Source: Ministeria vibrans ATCC 50519 (Eukaryota; Protista; Filasterea). From it: a stretch of DNA of 64,000 bases. The notes under the pieces are model-generated. The model did not search any database. It was given only the letters and a program-made list of their open reading frames with translations, and was not told where the DNA came from. The position numbers and the translations under genes were made by a program. The stretch is from assembly GCA_943704425.1 (NCBI GenBank), contig CALSCP010000425.1, forward strand, positions 8,909-72,908, written 5' to 3'. Positions 36,301 through 48,868 of the stretch are shown piece after piece. Numbering within the stretch: the stretch's first letter is position 1; each line of letters begins with the position of its first letter.

Positions 36301-39147
36301 CGAGCATCAACACCTTCACCTGCAGCTGCGACGCTTCTCTCGGCTACACTGGCGAGCACTGCCTCGAGTGCCTCCGCGGCTGGGAAAAGGTTGAGGACAC
36401 CCACCCCGACTCGACCCCCGACAACTACATTACCTCGGCGGGCCGCGTCTACTGCCGCCCCTGCGACAAGTGCGTGCGTGATGTGATCGAGCGTGACATT
36501 GTGCCGCTCGAGGCTAGCATGGGCCGGGCTCTCGCTGGCATTGCTCAGCTCAACTCGACTATTTCCTCCGGCAACTTTGGTTCGGGCGGCGGTGGTGTGA
36601 CTCCCGCCCAGCTGGCGGTAGCGGTGGCAGATCTGCGCTCCGAGGCGGACACCGAGTCGGATCGTGTCGACCTTGCCATTTCCACTGCCTCCAACAACAT
36701 TCTCACTGCCATTGCTGCCGAGGCGAACCCCATCAAGGCTGACGTTGACGTTCTGAAGACCGCCGTTGCCAACCATTCCGCGGCCATTTCGCAGCTGCAG
36801 TCGAGCCTCTCGGCGTTTATGACGTCTTCAGCGGCAAACCTCAACGCCCAGATTGCCTCCTCAAACTCGGCTCTCGCTGCCCTGACCGCCAGCTTGAACA
36901 ACAACTCGGTTGCTATCCAGGCTGCCGACTCACGCATCACATCTGTCGAGACGGCGCTCACCACGGCCAACTCGAACACACAATCGCAGCTTGATGCCTA
37001 CGTGACGAGCAACAACGACGCGCTCAACACCCTTTCGAACAGCCAGACAACGCTCGCGAACCAGGCTTCCGACAACTACGACGTGCTCGTGGCCGAGATT
37101 CTCTCGCTCAAGTACCCCAACCTTGTGCCCGCCGGTGGCCTCAACCTCATTCCGCTCGCGACCGCCAGTGGTAACGCTGTGCTGGCATGCGGCCGCCTCG
37201 CTGGCCAGGACACGGCGATTTCCCTCTCGGGTGCCTCGGGCAGCTACTTTGACATTGCCATGCCGGACCTTGCCACCAACCTGCCCAACTTTGGCTCGTC
37301 TGGATTCACCATGACCGCGCATTTCAACACGGTCGGCACCACCGGTTACATAGTGTCGCAAGGTCTTGCCGGCTCGAGCACCACACGCTACTGGGGCATC
37401 TACATTGACCTCAACCGCCCGGCCGTCTTCATCTACCTGCGTGCCGGCGGCGCTAACCTGCGCTACATCATCCCCGTCTCGACGGCGCCCACGCAGAACA
37501 CCTGGCACCACATTGCCGTCAGCGTCGACGTGGCCCTCAACAAGGCGGTCGTCATGCTCGACGGCTCTGTCGTCGGCTCGATGGACATCACGTCGCTGCC
37601 ACTCTTTATCAAGAATGACGCTCCTATCCGCATGGGTGCCCGTCTCGACGGCTCCTTCCGCTTCAACGGTCTCATCGAGGACGTCCGCATCTACGACCGC
37701 GCCTTCACGCCCGCTCAAGTTGCTGCTGTAAGTGTTATAACAATTATGATTTAATTTATGATAATGCACGTCAATCAATTTGTGTGTATGTGTGTGTGTG
37801 TCTTGTCTGCTTTCCAACGGGAACTTTTCCGTAATGTTTTCAAGTGGGTGTCAGTGTTTTCTCGAATGGGAATGAATTATGATTGAAGCCGTCGTGTGAA
37901 TATGACATTGATTGATATATTATTGTGAAAATTAGGCTACATCGATGACTGTGACTGGCATTTGCGTCTAAGCCCCGATGATGATGAATTAAAGAGAGAA
38001 AAAAAACAAGGAGAGAAAAGATTAAGAAGGGCAATAGAGAGAGGAAGAAATTTTTGAAGTGAAGCGAAAGAGGAAACTTTTTTGGTTTTTCGATATTCTA
38101 TCACTTCAGAGGCACATAAGAATATTGATTTTATTTTAATCGTGCATTGTGTCTGTACATGTGTGTGTTCAGGTGCGCACAATGACCGTTCCAAACAGTC
38201 TGACCGCGACTGCGCTCTCGACCGGCACTGCCTTCCTGGGACTGTCCTTTGTGCAGTCCCGCCCAGTCCCTCAGATTGGGTCGGGCGGTGCGCTAACGCT
38301 TGATCTGTGGTTCCGCCAGAGCACAACCAACAATGGTAAAAATCCATGTGCCTTGTGTGTGGACAAAAAGAGTTTTTTGTTTTTTTTTTTGGTTTTTTGT
38401 TCGGCTCTTTTTTTGTGAATGTACTTGCAATTGAGAGCGGGAAAGAAAAGCTGTGACTAAAATTGCCGATAAGAGTGGGCATGAAAAGAAAAAGACGATC
38501 ATCAAAATTAAGTGTATTAACATTTTCCGTCTGTGACTGTTTTTGGTTAGGATTTGTTGTGATCAAGTCGGATGATTCTGACGTGCGACACTACGGAGTG
38601 TTTAGTGAGAGCAGCACTGACTCTCTTGTCTTCTACTATTTGCCGGTGAGTTGTGCTCTCTGCTACTTTGTTGTTCATGTGTCCTCCTCTATCACTTTGT
38701 TTCTTTCTTTTCCTATCACCTCTTGCTTCTTTAGCAGTACATGTCCCACTCAATGTCAAATTGTCAACTTTTAGAGCGGATCTGCCAATTTTGATGAAGT
38801 GCGATTCGATGTGTCTGCGAGCCCACTGGACGACGGAGCAATGCACAACGTACCAATCTCAACCCATACCATTATTTTCCTCTTTAACTATCGTTGTGTA
38901 GGTGATTGTGCGCACCAAGGGAACTCAGATTGACGTGTGGGTGGACGGCGTGATGATGAGTGCGACGCTGAGTGCCCCCGTGAGTGACAATGCGACACTG
39001 GGCGCGTCCATTGCGGGCCGTAAGCCTGGCGAGGGTCTCTTTGCCGGCTGCATTGCGCGCGTTGACATGTACCCCGGTGCCCTCTGCGACGCCATTGTCA
39101 CTGCCATTCGTGGCGCGACCCCTACCTCGCCCAACGCATGTGCTTAA
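30385..39147 (+). CDS. Secreted laminin-like protein of about 2,600 aa (signal peptide, unique N-terminus, LamNT, 13 LE repeats, coiled coil, 2 LamG-like domains)
   Basis: Exons at about 30385-30598, 30691-37727, 38173-38335, 38551-38645, 38775-38849 and 38902-39147. Motifs: YYSVRELRVTGYCICNGHS (LamNT/LE junction), repeated CxCNGH..C..G..C..C..GYY, heptad region, and WHHIAVS..FNGLIEDVRIYDRA. Confidence 0.9.
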
Positions 39148-39578
39148 ACGATCAAGACTCAAGAGTCTGAGAAGACTGAAAAGAAAAGAAGAAATGAGAG
39201 AGAAGGAGCGAAAGAAAAATGAATCATAAACAAGGAAAATATTCGATTCATTATCAAAATAATAGTAAGAATAATCATCGCTGTTGGCTGATGAAAGAAC
39301 CGTCGGTGATCTTAATCCAAGGACGAGTATATGCACCAGAAGAAAGCTAGAGGCTCCACTCACTCACTCACACTGCCTCAGTCTTTCTATTTTCTTCCCC
39401 TTTTTCAAAATCACTTCAAAATTTCCTTCACTCTTAGAGATCAAAATAATCAAATCAAATAATAATAATAATAATTATTATTATTTTTTTCGAATTCTGA
39501 CAGACCCAGTCACACACCCACCCACACCCACCCACCCACACACACACGCACACGCCTCCTTGCCACCATTTCTGCGCC

Positions 39579-42500
39579 ATGGACGACGGCAAACCGTGGC
39601 GACTGCCCACTGGAAGCGCACGCAAGCTCAAACACCCCCAGCCACCGTAAGATGACTAAGAGCACCATGTACAGTCGTGCGCTAGTCTCCTTCTTTCTCG
39701 ACCTCCTATTCATCGTTTTTCCTTTCGCTAAAATCAAAATATTTTTCAAAAAAGTATCAAAAAAGAAAAGATTCAAAAATTCGTGTCACTGTTTGTCCAT
39801 TTTGCGTCAATTTACAGGGTGAATCTTTGCACCATACCCTTTCTATTTTCCAATGTATCCGTTGTGCGGCGTATTTGAGTCTCTTTCGCCCCTCACGCGT
39901 TTAAAATGGCTATTCGAAAAATTTGAAACATTTTTTCGAACTTGACTCACGTCTGAACGGCCGTAGAATGGACGAGAAGAGTCTCCAAGAGAAGATTGGG
40001 ATCTATGTGCGTCTGAGGCCTGTGTTTGGGGCGGAGGAGGAGCCCAGCATCCGCGCAATCAGCGACACAACGATCGCTCTGTCGCCACCGCACGACTCCA
40101 AATACGCAACGAAGCGCAGCGGGAAGAAGGAGTACGCGTGCACGGGGGTGTTTGGCGCAGACGCGGGCCAGCACGAGGTCTTCCGCGACACGACGCTGGC
40201 GCTGGTGCAGGGGCTCTTTGACGGCATTGACGGGCTGTTGTTTACGCATGGCATGACGGGCTCAGGCAAGACCTTCACCATCGAAGGGCCCGCCGACAAC
40301 CCCGGCCTGCTGACCCGCACCCTCAACTACGTCTTTGCATCCATCCACGGCACCCAAGGACGCTCCGCCCTCGTCCAGCTCAACGACAACAACAGCATTT
40401 TCCTGCGCGAGCCAGGCGAGGCCATAGCCGAACGGCGCGCCCAACGCGAGCGCGACCGTCAACAGCAGCAGCAGCAGCAGCAGCAGCAAGGAGGGAGCTC
40501 AAAGAAACGCCAAGTGCGTTTCATTGCAGGCGACTACGAAGACGACAGCAACGCCCTCTACAGCGACCTCCTTGAGCAGCCCGACGCGACGCCCGCCACG
40601 CCACACCCGCACCACCGCCACAGCCACCGCTCGCCATCCACCGACGCATTGTCGTCGCAGCAGGTCGACCGTGACTACGCCTACTTCATCTTTGTTTCCT
40701 ACGGCGAGGTCTACAAGGGCTTCGTGTACGATCTGCTCGGCGAGGCACCGCGCAGCAAACAACTGCCCATCAAGGAGGACAAGGACCGCAAGAACTACAT
40801 TGCGGGCCTGACCCAAGTCGAAGTCAAGTCGGTCACCGAAGCACTTGCTCAGTTGCGCATTGGTCAGCGCAATCGCCAGGTTTCCTCTACGCACCTCAAC
40901 GACGCATCGTCGCGCAGTCACGCCGTCTTCACCCTCAAACTCATCCAACTGCGCCTCGGCGACGTGTCGCCCGACCAGACGGGTCCTTTCATCCTGCGCG
41001 GTGCACACACCGAGTTTCACATGAGCTCGCTCAGCTTTATTGACCTTGCCGGATCCGAGCGCGCCGACAAGTACAGTGGCATTGGCAGCAGCATCAACAG
41101 CACGACGGCCCACGCACCCACGGGCCACAGTGCCAGTCTTACCCCGGCAGAGCGGTCGCGCCAGCTCAAAGAGGCAAACAGCATTAACCAGTCTCTCACC
41201 TATCTCAGCGTCTGCTTCAACTTCCTTGCCAAGTCATCCTCGAGCAGTGCTTCCGCCTCTCTGTCCTCTCTGACAAACCCCTTTCGCAACTGCAAACTCA
41301 CAATGCTCTTCAAGAGTCACTTTCTCGGCAACTCCAAGATCCGCATGATCATTTGCGTCAACCCAACACCCGCTGCGTTTGACCAGACGTACGGGATTCT
41401 GCAGTCGGCCATGTCTATCAAGGGCGTCACTACCATGAAGGCTCAGCCAGTCTCACGTGGAGCACCCACTGGTGGAGTGAGCACCGCTGGAAGTGCTGCT
41501 GTGAGTGGAGGGAAGGGCGCAAGCTCTAGCAGTGGTGGTCGTGTGGACGACCGGTTTCGCGTGAGCAAAGGGAAGAAGATGACTATCGTGGACAAGAGTG
41601 TTGCTGCGATGATGACGGTAAGTCGTGGTGGAACACGACTGTTTAGGTTGCCACAGAGGGGGGCAGGGAGTGCAGTGGAGCAGAGATTGGTGGGACGAGA
41701 AGAGGAGGAAGAAGATGAAGAGGAGGAAGATGAGGAAGAGGAGGAAGATGATGATGGAGTGATGACACAGAGACAGGAGATTGAAGAGGGACTGCGATTG
41801 ATGGAGGAGGATAATGAGGCAATGGGCTTTACTGGAACTGAGCAGGGACGACCCTCTGTGGTGTTGGAGGAGAAGCGACGACAGATGGAGAAGCAGCGGT
41901 ATGAGAAGCATAAGAATCTGCTAAAGGCGACGGCGGAAGGAATGCGCGAAGTCGAGCGGGAAATGGAAAAAGAGAAGCAGGTGAACACGGAGATTCGCGA
42001 GCAGTACCGGCGCAAGATGGATGAAGGGTCGCGGACGATTGCCAAGTTGCGTGGTCAGGTCGCCCAGCTAGAGATTGAGTTGGAGGAGGCGAAGAATGAA
42101 CTGCTGGTGGCAGTGACCAATGCGGAACGGAGTCGCGCGCAGACGGATACACTTCAGGCGGACCTCAAAGGACGCACGCGGGAGCTGCAGGCGGCGAGGG
42201 CGCAGTGTGACGCACTGGAGAGTGAACGGGATAAGATGGATGCACAGCGACAAATTGCGGAGGAGCGACGAATGGAGGCGGAGGCGAAACGGGCAGATAT
42301 GCTGGGACAGGTGCAGAAGCAAGGACATCTTGCGATTGATGCAATGGAGGAAATGAAGGCGGAGCGGAAGAAGGAAAAGGCACAACTTGAGCAGGAGCGA
42401 CTGGAGCAACTGGACGAGGTGGAGCGCATTCGCAATGAGATGCAAGTGCACTACGAGCGAGAGCTGCGCGAGCTACAAATGGCAATGGAACACGACAAAC

Positions 42501-44152
42501 AAGTCCTCCTCGACAAGTACAACGCGCTCAAACAGCAGCAACAACATGGACAGCAGCAGCAACAGCAGTATGACACGCCTACTTCAACACCAAAATCGCT
42601 CCGTCGTGCGCAAGATAAGGTCAAGAAGGCACTCGTGCGCTCGAGCACAAACCCCATCTCACGCACAGTGCACCACAACCCCACCACCATGGACACCCCT
42701 GGCACTAATCCTTCTACCCCCACCATTCTCATGCCTGTCATTCCAAACTGCAAGACCATTTCCAAGTCCCCCAAGATGAAGGACCTGCGCACCCCTAAGT
42801 CGGCTCTGCAGCACACAAACTACACTCTGACGCACCATCCCACTGCCAATGTCACCGAACATGTCCATGGCAAGATCACTCCCAGTCTGTCGCGCACTGG
42901 TAAGTACAAAGAGAGAAAAAAGTTTGAAGAGAGAGACTAAGTGAGTGAGAGAATACAATGTGATTGTACTTTCACAAAACACGATAAAATTTTATACTTT
43001 TTTAGGCAAATCCGTTGTGTTTGTGGGAACGGAACAACACGTCAGAACACGCCTAAGCACAGGAAATGGTGAAACAAGCGAAGAAGAACAAGAAGAAGAA
43101 GAAGAAGAAGGAGAAGAATTTGAAGTAGAATCGGAAGAAGACGAGCCATTGAGAGAAATGAGACCCACTAGGAAGAGACTCGCAAGTGAGTTTGAGCCGC
43201 TGTACAGTTCAGATCGGTAAAAAAAAAAAAAAAAAGAAGACACACAACATCATACTTAGTGCACATATATGTTGCATGACTGTGCAATTAATATTATAAT
43301 CATATTATAACATTCAACATTCAAAAAAAAAAAGTCATGATTATCATTGGGAGATCCGAAATCATCAATTTTTATTGTTTTATCATTAAATTTATTAAAT
43401 TTATACGATTGTGTAGAGTGAAACGGACCAAAACAGTAACACCAACAACAAAACGACCGACAACACGATATGACGGACGAGAACAATATCAGCAGTACAT
43501 GACAGACGAAAATGCAGAGGAGTCAGCAGAGGATGAGTCACAGAGCCGGTATTACACTCCAAATGTGCAGCGCACTGTCACTCCCAGTCAGCAAAGGTCT
43601 CTTCGCTCAAAAGTAAGTCTCATTGTATTAAGTATATTAGAGGATCTTATTCATCAATCAAAATTGTGATAAACATGTTTCTCATTGCGTCGCATTGTCT
43701 TTTTTGCTTTCATTGTGTCTCATTGAGTACTTCATGGGTCTGACTGTGTCTTTTTTGCTTCCATTGTGTCTCATTGAGTACTTTATGGGTCTGACTGTGT
43801 CTTTTTTGCTTTCATTGTGTCTCATTGAGTACTTCATGGCCTTATTGTGTCTTTTTTGCTTCTCGTTGTGACTCATTGTGTCGAATTTTGTCTCATTAAG
43901 AGTTTCATTGTGCCACATAGTGTGGAACTTACTCTGCCTCATTGTCTCTCATTGAGTTTCACTGTGTCGCATTGTGTCTCATTGTGACTCTCCCAATATA
44001 TTCATTGCCCCTGACACAGCTCTCTTTCTCCCCTTCCTCCTACACAGTGCGAAAGGGGTGTGCGTGGCAACGGCACTCTCCCTCCTAGCGTGGGTTCCGT
44101 CTCCTCCTCCCCACTCAACCATCAAACAAAGTCGGTTGGAAAACGCATTCTG
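39579..44152 (+). CDS. KIF23: Kinesin-6 family, MKLP1-like
   Basis: P-loop GMTGSGKT, long loop-6 insert typical of kinesin-6, NDASSRSH, DLAGSER, coiled coil, and a tail (TILMP..YTLTH..GKSVVF) resembling the MKLP1 Arf6-binding domain. Confidence 0.82.
43697..43880. repeat. 51-bp intronic minisatellite (about 3.5 copies)
   Basis: Unit TGTCTTTTTTGCTTTCATTGTGTCTCATTGAGTACTTCATGGGTCTGACTG in head-to-tail copies. Confidence 0.9.
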
Positions 44153-44263
44153 AGAAAACTCAGTGGAAGAAAGAAGAAGGAATAATAACCCTATTATTAT
44201 ATTAATTGTGTGTGACTGAGAGAGAGAGTACAAAAGTTTATTATTACTATTCCATGGAACTTT

Positions 44264-47007
44264 TTAACGGTACTGTTGATTTTTTTCATAGTTTGAACAA
44301 TTGAACAATTAAAAGTATTATTATTATGATTTTACAGATTTACATTGGAATCAGAGAGAATCTGATAACTTTCTAAACATTTTCGAGCACAGTTTCCAAT
44401 TTCACCCTACAAACAAAAGAGGGAAAGGGAAAGTTAAAAATTAGAGTCAGTGTTATGATGATTTTGTTGACCTTTCCGGAAGACCAAACTTGCACGGAGG
44501 ATTTAAGAGCCAAAAAGTGAGTTTTGCACAAGCGACACTTCTCAATTCTACAAAGAAACACCCAAAAAAAACCACCCATGGAATAAGTGTGTAAGACAAA
44601 CAAAAGAAAGTAACCCTAACCCTCACCCAAATGACAACACTAACCCTAATACAACACTAACCCTAATACAACACTAACCCTAATGCAACACTAGCCCTAT
44701 GCAACACTAGCCCTATGCAACACTAACCCTAATGCAACACTAACTCAAATGACAACATTAACTCAAATGACAACATTAACCCTAGTACAACCTATCCTAA
44801 TGCAACACTAATCCTAATACAACATTAACCCTAATACAACATTAACTCAAATGACAACATGACAACACTCACCCTGAAAAACACTAACCCGAGTGACACA
44901 ACATGTATCCGCGTACCTCTCTTCCATTGCAATGTCTGGTTTCGAGTGAGGCCTCGCCGAGAGAGTGTCGCGAATAATGTGACCCAGTGTAGTGCACAGC
45001 ACTGTGATTGTACGACACACAGTAATATGATGTCTAATAATCATTCACAATAACAACAACCAAAAAACATTAAAAGTAAATAAAACGTGAGCGAATGCAA
45101 AACAGGTAAGCATAAACAGTACTGTTCGTATGAGGAGTCAGAGAGATCGTGAAGAAGAGGCAAGAGAGAAGAGGCAGAATCGAGAGACCACAGACGATGA
45201 GCAGTTGATTCGGTGGTAGTGAGTGTGTTGAGGATGTCGGCGGCGGCACTGGCGTCGCGGAGAGAGAGAAGAGTCTCGATAGCTTGACGGTGATGGTTGC
45301 GGGTGAATTGGGAACGGACCGCTTTGAGAGTGGTGAGACGGGAGCGGAGGGTAGAGGCGATGGAGGAATGGCCTGTGTTGAGCGCATGAATAATGGTGTC
45401 GGGAGTAGGCACACGGGGTGTCGGAGTAGAAGTGGTAATAGGAAGAGAGGGAGAAGGAGGGTGGGTGCGGGTGGGCGAGACCTGGGAGGAGGAAGAGGAC
45501 GACGTGCGTCGTGGGTTGGCGGTGACTGTCGAGGTTGTTTTGGGACGGGAATGTGTTGTTGTTGCAGTTGTTGCTGTTGCTGTGGTGGTGGAGGCGGTGG
45601 TGGGGTGTGAGGGAGGGCGCTTGGAGGTGGTGGTGGTGGCGGTGGTGGTGGCGGTGGTGGTGGTTCGGGTGGTGAGGGGACGCTGTTTGACGGGCGGTGA
45701 TTGTGACGCTGAGCGTGATGAATGTTGGGAGGGCGGCTTGACTTGTTTGAGTTTGGATTGGGAGGGCGGGACACGGTAGGTGGCTTCAAAGTCAGAACTT
45801 GTCGTTGTGGTGGTGGTAGTGGTCGCGGTGGAGGTGGGTCTGGCACGACCTGTGGATGGGCGAGAACAGTGGGTGTCAATGTGGACGGGAGGAGGCGCCT
45901 GATCATGACTCGCAGCAACTGCTAAAGATGGTGTGTGAAAGGGTCGCAGTGCATCAAGATCTGCAACCCACGTTGAGAGGGTGGCGTGCTGGTGCTGTGC
46001 GGTCACTGCAATAGCCTGGTGACGGCCGACATGCACGTCGAGCACACGACCCCATGCGACCGAGACACTTTCTTGGCACTGGCCACATTCCGGCTCCCAT
46101 GTCCACGTCTTAAGGCCTTCTTGTGTCGTTGAGATGAGTGCCTGGCCGGGGCCGTGGAAGGCAAGAGAGCGAATAGCCGAAGTGGTCGGTGGAGTTTGGC
46201 CAAGCAAGGCAAACGGCTCTTCGCTCAGGTCGTAGAAGCAGACGGTGCGGTCGGCACTGCCGCTCGCCAGCAGATACTCGTCCGGATGAAAGCACACGCC
46301 GGTGACTGCGCTTGAGTGGGCCTGGAACTCGTGAAGCATCCGCCCGGCAGTCAGATCCCACAGCTTGACGAGACCGTCTTCGCCTCCAGACACAATCCAA
46401 CGGCCGTCCGGACTGAACGCGACACAATTCACTGCGCCCCGATGCCCCTTGTACGTTTGAATGCATCCAGCACGTCGCAAGTCCCACACTCTAAGGCTGG
46501 CGTCGAGCGACCCGCTGGCAAAGAAGTTTCCAAAGGGGTGAAACGACAGTGTGCGACAGTGACTGGTGTGACCCACAAGCGTTCGCACCACTTTGCTGCG
46601 CTCCAGATCCCACACCTTCAACTGCCCGCTCGCCGACCCACCCGCCACAAGCTCTTCTCGCGCGTCAAACGACACGCATTCTACGCCACTTGTCAATCCA
46701 ATCAGTGTCTACGAAAACGATTTTTCAAATTTGTTAGCTATAAAACTTACAATAGCTTTTTTGAAATAACAATAAAACAAAAACGAGCGTGATTAAAGAG
46801 AGGAAAGAGCAACGAGTCGGCATGAACGCGTACACTGATAGAGGAGGGGTTTCCAACGGCCCACGTCTGAATGGAGCGGTCTTGGCTGCCGGTTGCTAGG
46901 ACACGGCCGCTGGTGGGCCCAATTGCCGCGCAGTTGACGCGCTCCGAGTGTGCAGGGTGCTCGAGTACTCGGCTCACGTGTCCCGAGGAGGATGTGGAGC
47001 GAGACAT
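44264..47007 (-). CDS. KATNB1: Katanin p80 WD40 subunit B1
   Basis: Six WD40 repeats (GRVLATG, FHPFGNFFASGSLD, FSPDGRWIVSG, FHPDEYLLASGSADRTV), a Thr/Pro linker, and a con80 domain (GH..LRSRL..L, DIAMEERIEKCRLC). Confidence 0.93.
44612..44893. repeat. 16-17-bp minisatellite containing TAACCC, in a KATNB1 intron
   Basis: More than ten degenerate copies of CAACACTAACCCTAAT(A/G). Confidence 0.9.
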
Positions 47008-47163
47008 CAAATTTATTTTGATTGTTATATAAAATATTAATTCGTTAAATTTTCAACACAATTAATTCTAACGATCAGGACCAGCACCGCCCGTGCCCAC
47101 TGGTGACCGGTACCTACGGCTGTTTTTCGGGTGACTACAAACTGAATAAAATAAATAAAGCCT

Positions 47164-48543
47164 TTATTCTTCCGCCCACTTGTAAAAGCCAGTGGGCACT
47201 TTCTCAAACTCATACAGAATACCCAATTCTCTCTCAATCGCACTCTCACTCTTTCCCTCTCTCAACATTTCACTCCGTACACACTCACTGTACACACTCT
47301 TCCAGGTCGATGCCAACACAGTGTCAGTGAACTCAGAAGAGTGACATCGGCGTAAGTGTTTCCGCAGACTGCCGGCCGTTGACACTGAGTGCGAGCAGAT
47401 GGCACATCGAGTGCGATACACACTCAGCACATGATAGTCACTAAAATGACCACCCACCCTCCTCTTTGTGAATGGCGCGTAGTCACACACTTGTCCCGTT
47501 GCCGGTCGCACCATTCGACATTTGAATAGACCGTTGGACAGTCGCTCAAACGACTCGTCGAGGTCCACCGCACCACAACCACTCCCCTCTTCCTTCTGCG
47601 CACACGCCAGCCACTCCGAGAACGACGACGGCACTCGCTCACTCTCACGCAACAGCTGCAGCTCACGCACAATGACAGACTCAGGCGCATTGCGCTCCTC
47701 AAGCGCACTGCGCACAAGAGAAGAGTACACCCTCAGCAAGTCACAGCCACGACTGAATACATCACCGTGCGATTGCAGCATGTGTAGATTGAAAGTTGTT
47801 CTGTGTGGCGCCAAATCCTCCTTGCACACCACACAATTGACGCGGTACACACTCCGAGGATGCCACTTTGAGAAATGATGCCCAACCCACTCAGGCGCAA
47901 ATCCCTGTCTCGTACACACCCGTCCGTCCACCAGTCGACACCGACACCGCACCTTGCCATCCCCCAGCATCTCAAACACAATCGTGTCCTCCTCATCCTC
48001 CTTCTCGCCCCGTGCCATCGCCAACCAAGTCTCAAATCCCATTGGGACTTGTTCCCACTCGCCACGACCAAACACCTTGGCCACTTCTCCCTCAACGTCC
48101 TCCTCTTCTCCGTCGCGCTCCAGGGCCGCACGCACCTCTCGCAGGTAGATCGTCTTCCATCCTCCGTCCTCCAGCGGACCGCGTTCCATGACAGTCGCTG
48201 TGAATGTGTTGCTGTGCTGAGAAGCGACGTGTCTCTTGAGGTTGCCACAACTAACATACGAATTGCAGACGACACAGACAAGGCGGTGCTTGCTCGTGGG
48301 GTGGAAGTAGGTAAAATGGCGCTTTACATCCTCGCCCCCAAACACCCTGGACCGACACGGCTCCCCATCGGCTCTAGTGAAGCGACACAAAACTTTTCCG
48401 TTTTCGCCCAACGAAAAAAACGCACCAACGTCACTCGGCGGATCCGTCCGACATCGTTTGCCCGTCTCCGACATCATCAGTTCCATGTTGGAGGCGTATG
48501 CGCGGCCCGCTGCCACAGCGACACGCTCCCACGGTTCGCTCAT
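47164..48543 (-). CDS. Intronless protein with three ~140-aa modules, each holding two C2H2/BED-like zinc fingers
   Basis: Pattern C-x9/10-C-x12-HF-x3-H ... C-x2-C-x11/13-H-x4-H ... VPxxFxxW repeated three times. Confidence 0.8.
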   Translation of the reverse strand: MSEPWERVAVAAGRAYASNMELMMSETGKRCRTDPPSDVGAFFSLGENGKVLCRFTRADGEPCRSRVFGGEDVKRHFTYFHPTSKHRLVCVVCNSYVSCGNLKRHVASQHSNTFTATVMERGPLEDGGWKTIYLREVRAALERDGEEEDVEGEVAKVFGRGEWEQVPMGFETWLAMARGEKEDEEDTIVFEMLGDGKVRCRCRLVDGRVCTRQGFAPEWVGHHFSKWHPRSVYRVNCVVCKEDLAPHRTTFNLHMLQSHGDVFSRGCDLLRVYSSLVRSALEERNAPESVIVRELQLLRESERVPSSFSEWLACAQKEEGSGCGAVDLDESFERLSNGLFKCRMVRPATGQVCDYAPFTKRRVGGHFSDYHVLSVYRTRCAICSHSVSTAGSLRKHLRRCHSSEFTDTVLASTWKSVYSECVRSEMLREGKSESAIERELGILYEFEKVPTGFYKWAEE

Positions 48544-48567
48544 GCGAAAACAGAAACGATCGATTTT

Positions 48568-48576
48568 NNNNNNNNN
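48568..48576. other. Assembly gap flanked by an un-collapsed ~108-bp overlap
   Basis: 48460-48567 is repeated at 48579-48686 on the other side of the Ns. Confidence 0.95.
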
Positions 48577-48868
48577 TCGCCCGTCTCCGACATCATCAGT
48601 TCCATGTTGGAGGCGTATGCGCGGCCCGCTGCCACAGCGACACGCTCCCACGGTTCGCTCATGCGAAAACAGAAACGATCGATTTTAGTCTTTTTAGAAA
48701 AATAAAAATAATAATAATAATAATAATAATAATTCGATTTACAGTCTCAACTTTTACTTTCTAAATTTTTTCGTATTATTACTACTTCGAGAGTTGGTCT
48801 TTGATGTGAAACAACTAAGCACCATTAATTTCTATTTTTACAAAACAAAACAAAAAAAAGTCAGACTC

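Noticed and set aside
31048-37817. Many long antisense and alternate-frame ORFs over the laminin-like gene and other GC-rich exons
   Set aside because: They are shadow ORFs expected from strong C-ending codon bias, with no motifs of their own.
43697-43990. Regular repeats that might be CRISPR-like
   Set aside because: Head-to-tail 51-bp units with no unique spacers, inside a eukaryotic intron.
48460-48686. Apparent tandem duplication of the zinc-finger gene start
   Set aside because: Identical copies flank an N gap, which indicates an un-merged contig overlap.
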